Virus record (IMG/VR): IMGVR_UViG_3300037461_000659
Location: 1-26,083 of that record
Strand: one strand, 5' to 3'
Length of the DNA stretch: 26,083 nucleotides
Origin: a virus
Lineage: Duplodnaviria; Caudoviricetes
Shown here: one piece after another, positions 8,993-15,968 of the stretch
Position numbering within the stretch: the stretch's first letter is position 1
How the letters are laid out: each line of letters begins with the position of its first letter
Translations under genes and position numbers: made by a program
The notes under the pieces: model-generated
Database searches by the model: none
What the model was told of the DNA's origin: nothing
What the model saw: only the letters and a program-made list of their open reading frames with translations

Positions 8993-11113
8993 ATGAGTCT
9001 CATTCACGAAAGTGATATCAAAGGAAAATCAACAGGAAATTGGTATCCCATATATTTAGACGATTTGGCTTTGGATGAAAAAGTACAAATTAGAGTTGAC
9101 CAGGCAGGAAACTTAGTCGCTCGTAGTTCTATTCTAACAGATGAGGGGTCGAGTTATGACCCGTTCTCAGGAAGTTCACTATCGGCTGATTGGACTTCCT
9201 TGACAGAAACAGGTACTTCTATTACAGTTGCCAATAGTCTTGTGAATCTTATTTCAGGAACAACTGCCAATTCCAAAGTTGCCATTTATAAAGATGTTGA
9301 TTTTCCACCCATTTCAGGGATATGGATTGGGAGCATTTCACAAAGAATAACAAATCAAAATATCCGCATAGGATTTGGAGATAGTGCAACAGGTTCATCC
9401 CAATTCATTAGGTTCACTTTTAGTGGAACAGATGATACTGTTGTATTTTGTGAAAGCCAATCTTCTACTGATACGGGTGGTAATGAAGGAATTAGCGTTC
9501 CTATTTTTCTACCTAATGGATTAACTACTGACCAAACGATTCAATATGTAATTACAAACGATACACAGAAAATATATTATTATATCGGACTACCAGGACA
9601 ACCTTTAACCCTTGTTGCTACCCATACTGTACAATTTCCAAACCCTTATACAGTAATGACGGCAAGGGCAGTTGTTCATAATGCTACACCTGTTGGGCCT
9701 CTTTCTTCAACGACATTTGCTCTTGATACTATTATTATAAAAAATTATAATATTATAGATATCAAAGGCGAAGTAACAGGTAATGTTGGTATACAACAAA
9801 ATGTTACGGCATCAGTAGTCAACTCATCCACGGATAACATTTTGGCGGGAAATACTTTCACAGGGGCAAATGAAAGCACACTTGGGGTTGCAGGAATTCA
9901 AGTAAGTTTAAAAACGAATAAGAACTGCACAGTTTATGTAGACCAATCCCCTGACGGAACAAATTGGGACATCACGGATGAGTACCACTATTATTACAGC
10001 AAGGGTGGGCAAAGTTGGACGACCCAAGCCGTAGCATCTTATTTCAGAGTGCGGGTTACAAACAACGATGCAACAGACACAAGTTATGTTAGATTACAAA
10101 CAGCCCTTTGCCCGATTGTAGAAGCGTTGCCTAGAGCATTATCCGAAGAAGGCAACCTGAAGGTCGGCGTTTACGAAATCGAAGATGCGAACGAACACTT
10201 GGTCGGAATTTCTCCAATGGGAGAGATGAGAACATCTGAACACATCAGACTAGTAGGTGTTTCGTTCGGAACTACTTTTGACGCTAACTTTTGGACAAAA
10301 GCGGTGCAGACGGGAAATGCTGATGGCACAGTTGCTACCAACATACTTACGTTGACAACAGGAACCCCTACGGCAAACGGAAATATCTTGGTGCAATCTG
10401 CTCGAAAGGCGAGATACATTCCAAGTTGTCCAAACTACTACAGAGGCCAAGTTCAATGCCCTGCCATCACAGGAGCAAACCTAAGACGTTGGGGAGCATT
10501 TGATACGAATGATGGTTTCTTCTTTGAATGGGACGGAACAAACTTTGCCGTGGTTTGCCGTAAAGGGGCAAGTGATGCCAACATTATTTACAGCGGAAGT
10601 TTCAATGGCGTGTTGGGTTCTGATTATATTTTAGATACAGTCAATCACACTTATGAAATCCTTTACACGAACAGCAAAGCGATTTTTATGGTTGACGGCA
10701 GAACGCTTCATACTTTTTCAGGAAGTAGTGCTACTTTGACAAATTCTCTCACGCTAAACGTGGGATTACAAAACGTAAACACAGGGGGCAATACAGTAGC
10801 CAATCTGATGTATGCTCGTTCATCCACAATCAATCGAATCGGTAAAATGACTGCAAGCCCTGCTTGGAAATATCAGTCGGGCGCAGTAACAGGATTGGTA
10901 TTGAAGAACGGCGCGGGGACATTACATAGGGTGATAAATGGAGACAATCAGGGAACTTTGGTATTATATGACGCTGTAACGGCAACAAATACATTCGCCA
11001 CGATAGACCTGACAGCAACAACAGGAAATATAGATTTTGAGTTGGATTTTTATGACGGGTTGACAATAACAACAACGGGTGCGGGAACTAGAATTACTGT
11101 TGTCTATGAATAA
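8993..11113 (+). CDS. Large beta-rich virion protein with two related lectin/ConA-like domains (putative adhesin)
   Basis: T/N/S/G-rich; duplicated F....(D/F)WT....G....VA....L..GT.AN segment; C-terminal K.GAG.LH...LYD...F.DGL.I...ITVVYE module; RBS GGAGGG. Confidence 0.55.
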   Translation: MSLIHESDIKGKSTGNWYPIYLDDLALDEKVQIRVDQAGNLVARSSILTDEGSSYDPFSGSSLSADWTSLTETGTSITVANSLVNLISGTTANSKVAIYKDVDFPPISGIWIGSISQRITNQNIRIGFGDSATGSSQFIRFTFSGTDDTVVFCESQSSTDTGGNEGISVPIFLPNGLTTDQTIQYVITNDTQKIYYYIGLPGQPLTLVATHTVQFPNPYTVMTARAVVHNATPVGPLSSTTFALDTIIIKNYNIIDIKGEVTGNVGIQQNVTASVVNSSTDNILAGNTFTGANESTLGVAGIQVSLKTNKNCTVYVDQSPDGTNWDITDEYHYYYSKGGQSWTTQAVASYFRVRVTNNDATDTSYVRLQTALCPIVEALPRALSEEGNLKVGVYEIEDANEHLVGISPMGEMRTSEHIRLVGVSFGTTFDANFWTKAVQTGNADGTVATNILTLTTGTPTANGNILVQSARKARYIPSCPNYYRGQVQCPAITGANLRRWGAFDTNDGFFFEWDGTNFAVVCRKGASDANIIYSGSFNGVLGSDYILDTVNHTYEILYTNSKAIFMVDGRTLHTFSGSSATLTNSLTLNVGLQNVNTGGNTVANLMYARSSTINRIGKMTASPAWKYQSGAVTGLVLKNGAGTLHRVINGDNQGTLVLYDAVTATNTFATIDLTATTGNIDFELDFYDGLTITTTGAGTRITVVYE

Positions 11114-11119
11114 TAAATA
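11112..11119 (+). promoter_or_regulatory. T4-type late promoter-like box (AATAAATA)
   Basis: Overlaps the stop of the 706-aa gene and precedes a purine-rich leader and ATG 11139. Confidence 0.55.
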
Positions 11120-11138
11120 GAGGTAGAAGGAACACAGA

Positions 11139-11270
11139 ATGAGAATAACAACACGAGCCGCAATCCGAATCGCCGTCAGGGTCAAGTCCTTATGGGTCTG
11201 TCAAATCACGGCTAGACCATCAATTCGGTTTGCCGTCAGGCTGACGGGATTGAGTTACAGTAAATTCTAG
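11139..11270 (+). CDS. 43-aa Arg-rich peptide, not in the ORF track (MRITTRAAIRIAVRVKSLWVCQITARPSIRFAVRLTGLSYSKF)
   Basis: Fills the gap between two genes; AAGGA upstream; stop lies 9 nt before the next ATG; internal duplication. Confidence 0.6.
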   Translation: MRITTRAAIRIAVRVKSLWVCQITARPSIRFAVRLTGLSYSKF

Positions 11271-11279
11271 GGGGTTAAT

Positions 11280-11666
11280 ATGGCAGGCAATACATTTCGA
11301 ATGAATGAGACAGTCGTGATTGACGTTGAGTTGGAAGGCGTTGACACCTCTATCTCCGATGTGAACATCGATATCCGTAGTAGCGTCTCAAACGCCTATG
11401 CTATTTCAGGTATTACGATGGAAGAGATTGGCAACCAAAAGTACCGTTACTTTTGGGACACGAGATTGGGCTACTCAGGCACATCGGGGTGGTCAACCTA
11501 CTCTGCCTACAATAACCCTCTGCCTGGCGGTCCCATCATCTACTCAGGTTGGTCGGGAAGTAGCGGCTACTCCGCAGGGGTCTCAGGGCTTTACAACGTA
11601 ACACTCACCGCAAGAGACTCTAACAATCACGTAGGTTACGAAGAATTTAGAATCAGAATCGGGTAG
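11280..11666 (+). CDS. Ig-like virion protein with an inserted GYSG-type segment
   Basis: F...ETVVI.V...Y.Y.WDT...G.Y.V.L.A.D pattern interrupted by GYSGTSGWSTYSAY...YSGWSGSSGYSAG; RBS GGGGG. Confidence 0.65.
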   Translation: MAGNTFRMNETVVIDVELEGVDTSISDVNIDIRSSVSNAYAISGITMEEIGNQKYRYFWDTRLGYSGTSGWSTYSAYNNPLPGGPIIYSGWSGSSGYSAGVSGLYNVTLTARDSNNHVGYEEFRIRIG

Positions 11667-11670
11667 AAAA

Positions 11671-12378
11671 ATGCACACCCCAAACACTTCAAATTGTGAT
11701 ACAATTAAGAGTAGGGGTGGTTTAAAAATTTCTGATTGGGGATTTATTTATCTTTTCAACGTCAACAATAAAGGCTACGTAGGATGGACTGTTGATTTAA
11801 AAAGAAGATTCAAAAGACACTTCAAAGAAGAAAAATGGAACCCCTACTTTCACAACTCTTTACGAAAACACTTTTCTGACCCTGAAAGTTCTTTCAAGAT
11901 TTTAGAAGTTCACAAAAGAGAAGAAAAAAACAATCTTGATTTTAAAAAACTTTTAGACGAAAGAGAAATTTTTTGGACTAAAAAATTAGACACTTTTGAC
12001 CCTGAACAAAAGAAGGGTTGGAACTTAACAAAAGGTGGTGGAGGAGTTGTTGGCCTCAAAAGACCCGACCTAGTAAAACAGAACAAAAAAAGAGACCTAA
12101 GTGGTGAAAACAATCCCAATTTTGGTAAGAAAAGTCCAAAACGAACAAAATTGAACAAAGAAAGAAAAGAAACGGGTGAGGTGAGAGGAGAAAAAAATCC
12201 TAGAGCAAAAGCAGTTGTTCTAATTTCTCCAAAAGGTGAAATTTTTAACCTGTCTTGTTACGGGCCTTTTTGTAAAGAACACGGTTTAAACCCTGCTGGA
12301 ATTTGCGAAGTTCTTCGTGGTAATCGAAAGGGAAATAATTACAAAGGTTGGACAGGACACTACTTGGAGGAAAAATAA
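11671..12378 (+). CDS. Free-standing GIY-YIG homing endonuclease with NUMOD3-like motifs (true start may be ATT 11728)
   Basis: GFIY-x8-YVG, conserved R (KRRFKRH), E (EREIFW), N (GWNLTKGG); SGENNPNFGKK and GEKNPRAK motifs; AT-rich. Confidence 0.9.
   Translation: MHTPNTSNCDTIKSRGGLKISDWGFIYLFNVNNKGYVGWTVDLKRRFKRHFKEEKWNPYFHNSLRKHFSDPESSFKILEVHKREEKNNLDFKKLLDEREIFWTKKLDTFDPEQKKGWNLTKGGGGVVGLKRPDLVKQNKKRDLSGENNPNFGKKSPKRTKLNKERKETGEVRGEKNPRAKAVVLISPKGEIFNLSCYGPFCKEHGLNPAGICEVLRGNRKGNNYKGWTGHYLEEK
11695..11705 (+). promoter_or_regulatory. Extended -10 promoter (TGTGA-TACAAT) for the endonuclease
   Basis: Closely matches the element upstream of the second endonuclease; followed by RBS AGGGGTGG. 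Confidence 0.55.
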
Positions 12379-13625
12379 TGTTTTGGCTGTTTGAAGATGC
12401 TCGTTTGAAGGCCATCGAAAATATCGTTGGCATCCTTCTAGAGAGAAAAGAAGAATTGCTGTTGGAAGACAGCGGCGTGATAAAACACTTGACCCACCTA
12501 GAGGACTTGGTGCTTGACGGGAAAGTTCAGTTCGTCAACGTCATCAAGAACCTGTTAAGAATCGCTAGACAGCACGAAGGTGCAGACGATACGCTCGTAG
12601 TCGAGAAGATTGACGGCGCACCCGCTCTGTTCTTTTTAAACGACCCACGCAACGGGGAGTTTGGTGTTAGTACCAAAAGTATTGGTTCTAAAACACAAAA
12701 AATTGCGCACTCTAGTAAAGAAATTAGAAATTTATTTGATAAAGAGGGATTACAAATTAAACTAGAAGCCGCCCTCATTTATTTAAAGGGGTTAAATCTC
12801 AATAATTATGCTTTCCAAGGGGACGTGTTGTTCACCCGTGAGGACGTGCGCAAGCAGAGAATCAAAGGCAAGGACTACCTGACCTTTACGCCCAACGTTC
12901 TGATGTACGCCGTTGCGATTGACTCTAACTCCGAACTCTACAAAAAGGTCGCAAGTTCAGAGTTCGGTCTTGTCGTTCACACGATTTACAAAATCGAAAA
13001 GGATGATGAAAGCCTGAAACTCACCCAAGTACGTAACCCGCAAGTGATTTACAACTTGGTTAAACAGGCTGAGGACGTACAGGGGTTGTTTATGACCCAC
13101 CCGTTCCACCCGCAAATCAAATTGGAAGTTGCTGAAGAGGACATCAAGAAAATTGAGGACTTGTTAGCGGAGTTGGAAAAGACGAGTTACAAGAGTCCAT
13201 CACCTTTCACCAAGCAGTTGTTCGCCCGATTTGTCAACGCCATGATTAGGGAGAATTGGCCTGTCAGTTGGGAAGGATTTAACTCTTGGATACAACAGGA
13301 TATGAACACCGAGATGGTGAAGAAGAAAACGAAGAAGGGACAAGACGCTGTGGAAGAGAAATACTACAAGGTACAAGAAGAGATAGAGAGTCCTTCCTTC
13401 AGAAATTTCTTGAAGGCATATCTTACCGCCTTGGAAATCAAGAAGATATTTTTGCGAGTGTTCGGTAAAGTACAGTCCAAGTTGGGAGCCACCTTCTTCG
13501 GGCAAGAACTAACTGGACCGGAAGGATTTGTGTTAAGTGCTGATGACGGGATTGTAAAGTTGGTGGACAGGACTGTATTTTCTAGGCAAAATTTCCTCTT
13601 TGGTAGTTTTAATTTAAAAAAATAA
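12378..13625 (+). CDS. DUF6267-like phage protein; ATP-dependent ligase/covalent nucleotidyltransferase superfamily motifs
   Basis: HLTHLEDL, EKIDGAPA (motif I KxDG), FQGD, FTPN..YAV, GLVVHT.Y, EGFV, VKLVDR..FS; start reassigned to ATG 12378 after GGAGG (TAATG coupling). Confidence 0.75.
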   Translation: MFWLFEDARLKAIENIVGILLERKEELLLEDSGVIKHLTHLEDLVLDGKVQFVNVIKNLLRIARQHEGADDTLVVEKIDGAPALFFLNDPRNGEFGVSTKSIGSKTQKIAHSSKEIRNLFDKEGLQIKLEAALIYLKGLNLNNYAFQGDVLFTREDVRKQRIKGKDYLTFTPNVLMYAVAIDSNSELYKKVASSEFGLVVHTIYKIEKDDESLKLTQVRNPQVIYNLVKQAEDVQGLFMTHPFHPQIKLEVAEEDIKKIEDLLAELEKTSYKSPSPFTKQLFARFVNAMIRENWPVSWEGFNSWIQQDMNTEMVKKKTKKGQDAVEEKYYKVQEEIESPSFRNFLKAYLTALEIKKIFLRVFGKVQSKLGATFFGQELTGPEGFVLSADDGIVKLVDRTVFSRQNFLFGSFNLKK

Positions 13626-13657
13626 TTTGGTTAAAATTTATCAAATTACTCTCAAAG

Positions 13658-13668
13658 TGTGATAAAAT
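13658..13668 (+). promoter_or_regulatory. Extended -10 promoter (TGTGA-TAAAAT)
   Basis: Intergenic; followed by RBS AGGGGT and TTG start at 13686. Confidence 0.6.
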
Positions 13669-13685
13669 TAAAGTAGGGGTTTGAT

Positions 13686-14315
13686 TTGAAATCAAATTTT
13701 ACTTGGGGATTTATTTACGTTTTTGCAATCAACGGTAGAGGATACGTAGGATACACCACTCAACTAAAAAGAAGATTTAAAAGACACTTTAGAGAAGACA
13801 AAGAACTTTATTTTCACAGGTCACTAAAAAAATATTTCAAACCTAAAGATTTTTTAGTAATTGAAACACACTTTGGTGAAAAGAAAAAAATTTTAACCCT
13901 TCTAAAAGAAAGAGAAATTTTTTGGGTGAAGGAATTAGAAACCCTTTGGCCTAGTGGTTGGAATTTGACAAAGGGTGGTGATGGTTTAATTGGATACATC
14001 CCAACTGAAGAAGTTTTGGAAAAATTAAGAAAACCGAAACCCCTTGGATTCGCTGAAAAAGTAAGTAAACGTCTTAAAGGTGTTCCAAAAACAGAGGAAC
14101 AAAAACAAAAAATATCTGAAACAAGAAAACTCAGAAAAATCCTTCCTTGGAATAAAGGAAAGAAGGGTTCACAAATTCCTTGGAACAAAGGAAAAAAATG
14201 TCCTCAATTTAGTGGAATCAACAATCCTCAATTTGGTAAAAAGAGACCTGACTTAGCAGAAAGAAATCGGAAAAGAAAAGAAAACCCCTCTACTCCAACC
14301 CTAAATAAAAGATAG
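13686..14315 (+). CDS. Second free-standing GIY-YIG homing endonuclease with NUMOD3-like motifs
   Basis: WGFIY...GYVG..KRRFKRHF, EREIFW, GWNLTKGG; KTEEQKQKIS, two PWNKGKK, NNPQFGKKRPDL. Confidence 0.9.
   Translation: MKSNFTWGFIYVFAINGRGYVGYTTQLKRRFKRHFREDKELYFHRSLKKYFKPKDFLVIETHFGEKKKILTLLKEREIFWVKELETLWPSGWNLTKGGDGLIGYIPTEEVLEKLRKPKPLGFAEKVSKRLKGVPKTEEQKQKISETRKLRKILPWNKGKKGSQIPWNKGKKCPQFSGINNPQFGKKRPDLAERNRKRKENPSTPTLNKR
14300..14307 (+). promoter_or_regulatory. T4-type late promoter-like box (CCTAAATA)
   Basis: Lies within the last codons of the endonuclease, upstream of RBS GAGGAG and ATG 14327. Confidence 0.55.
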
Positions 14316-14326
14316 AGGAGTAGACA

Positions 14327-14554
14327 ATGAAACTAAAAGTAGCAGAAATTTTATCTTCAAACCCAGTAACCTCCAAAACCTTGAACAGCCTTTGGGCGGC
14401 TTATCATCCCATCGAACAAGTCTCATTTGATTCTTCGATAGAGGATAACGAGTACGGCTTGAACCCTGATGATGCGGGGGAGTTTAACTCAGAAATAAAG
14501 AGAGCGATGGACCACTTGTACAACGCCATCACAATCTTAGAGACAGTTAAATGA
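14327..14554 (+). CDS. Small acidic protein, candidate internal head protein
   Basis: RBS GAGGAG; leader MKLKVAE. Confidence 0.7.
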   Translation: MKLKVAEILSSNPVTSKTLNSLWAAYHPIEQVSFDSSIEDNEYGLNPDDAGEFNSEIKRAMDHLYNAITILETVK

Positions 14555-14751
14555 AACTAGTGATTATTTTCGAAGACTTCGATGCTACGATAAACAAGTT
14601 GAAGCAGTTCGGAATCTCAAAACTATCCCAACAAGAGAAGGATGAAATCGACAACGACTACAAGCGGTGGTTGAAGGTAAACAAGAAGAAGTACAACAGG
14701 CCTTTGGAGTTTAACGACTACCTGAAAGAGTTGGGATTAGGAGTGGACTAA
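14551..14751 (+). CDS. Small protein, candidate internal head protein
   Basis: Overlaps the upstream gene end per the ORF track; leader MKLVIIFE. Confidence 0.65.
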   Translation: MKLVIIFEDFDATINKLKQFGISKLSQQEKDEIDNDYKRWLKVNKKKYNRPLEFNDYLKELGLGVD

Positions 14752-14752
14752 G

Positions 14753-15328
14753 ATGAAATTTACAAAAATCAAAAAACTACCTAAGCACCTTTGCGCTACT
14801 TGCGGAAAAGTAAAAGAAGTGGAAGCAGATACGAACTGCAAACCCTGTCAGTTGAAGCGGGACGTGAAAATGACTGCGATACCAATGCGGATTGTCAAGG
14901 CCAAGAATCGTTACTTTGCTGACGAAGACGTTAAGAAGTACGCAACAGACGAAGAGAAGGAATTTCTAAAAGAATCTTTCGTCAGAGACGTAAAGATAAA
15001 AGCGAGGGAATTTTTGGAACGGCTCACAGGAGTGAGCGATTGGAGCCTGAGAGCGAAGACGTGGGGAGACCCTTTCGGATACGGAGGCCACGTTGTCGTG
15101 AAAGTCGAAGGCTTTCCTTGGAAGAAGTACGGAGTGTTCGTGCGGGAACTGAAGAACTTGGCGAAGAAGGCGGGATTCAGTTTCGACTTTGACGCAGACG
15201 TTACATCTTACGACAGCGCAACAGGCGAAGAAGGAGAAGGGTGGTTTGCAGAAGGGATGGGGACACGAGAGAAGGCTAAGTTGGTTCAAGAGAAATTACA
15301 CGTGGAGGCCAAAGATGAAACTAAGTAA
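14753..15328 (+). CDS. Hypothetical protein with N-terminal CxxC..CxxC and an EDVKKYATDEEKEFLKE motif
   Basis: RBS GGAG; CATC and CKPC; motif shared with the next gene. Confidence 0.7.
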   Translation: MKFTKIKKLPKHLCATCGKVKEVEADTNCKPCQLKRDVKMTAIPMRIVKAKNRYFADEDVKKYATDEEKEFLKESFVRDVKIKAREFLERLTGVSDWSLRAKTWGDPFGYGGHVVVKVEGFPWKKYGVFVRELKNLAKKAGFSFDFDADVTSYDSATGEEGEGWFAEGMGTREKAKLVQEKLHVEAKDETK

Positions 15329-15629
15329 AGAGGATATCAAGAAATACGGGACGGTAAAAGAGCAGAAGGCATTGAAAGAGGCTCTACCTGGCTTACGAGC
15401 AGATTACAAAGAAGCAGGAATTGATTTTGAAGGGGATAAACTTACTGCTGATGATGCTGTAGCACGGGTCAACAGGGCTAGACATGGTTGGTTGGCTCCC
15501 GAAGACGCAAAAAACTTTACTGAAGATTATCTGTTAACTCTCAAAGAAGAACTTGAAAAATTTATTGAAAGAGTGAATGGTGAATTAGAGTTTCTTTACG
15601 ACAGAACTATCAGAAAAACAGAAAGATGA
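15315..15629 (+). CDS. 104-aa hypothetical protein with N-terminal EDIKKYGTVKEQKALKE motif
   Basis: Start reassigned to ATG 15315 after GGAGG (in frame with the 15189 ORF). Confidence 0.7.
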   Translation: MKLSKEDIKKYGTVKEQKALKEALPGLRADYKEAGIDFEGDKLTADDAVARVNRARHGWLAPEDAKNFTEDYLLTLKEELEKFIERVNGELEFLYDRTIRKTER

Positions 15630-15940
15630 AATTCCGACTAGCCGAAGACATCAATTTTGCCAAAGAGGGAGACCCTGCCACGCTACAAGTCGGGTCGGAT
15701 TCCTACCCTTACACCGTGATTGAAGTGTGGAAGGGTGGGCGGCAAATCGTCCTTCAGGCTTGCGATTGCAAACGCGGGCCCAAATTCGATTTCTACAACA
15801 ATCAGAATTGGATAATCACCCCTGACGAGAACGGCAGAACGATAAAGGCCAACTACGCACCCAAGCGGGGAAGGTACTTCTCAGAAGGCTCACCCGTCTA
15901 CATCGGGCGTTACCGCTACTACCAAGACCCTAGTTTCTAA
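15626..15940 (+). CDS. Conserved phage hypothetical protein (G..AT...GSD.YPYTV...DPSF type)
   Basis: ATGA overlap; leader MKFRLAE; family pattern recognised by eye. Confidence 0.75.
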   Translation: MKFRLAEDINFAKEGDPATLQVGSDSYPYTVIEVWKGGRQIVLQACDCKRGPKFDFYNNQNWIITPDENGRTIKANYAPKRGRYFSEGSPVYIGRYRYYQDPSF

Positions 15941-15953
15941 TTTTGTAACAGGG

Positions 15954-15964
15954 TGTGGTATACT
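15954..15964 (+). promoter_or_regulatory. Extended -10 promoter (TGTGG-TATACT), probably leaderless
   Basis: GTG codons 4 and 7 nt downstream; no Shine-Dalgarno. Confidence 0.6.
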
Positions 15965-15968
15965 GTAA

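Noticed and set aside
11671-14315. Group I introns hosting the GIY-YIG genes
   Set aside because: Flanking genes appear complete, and the intergenic gaps are too short for an intron core
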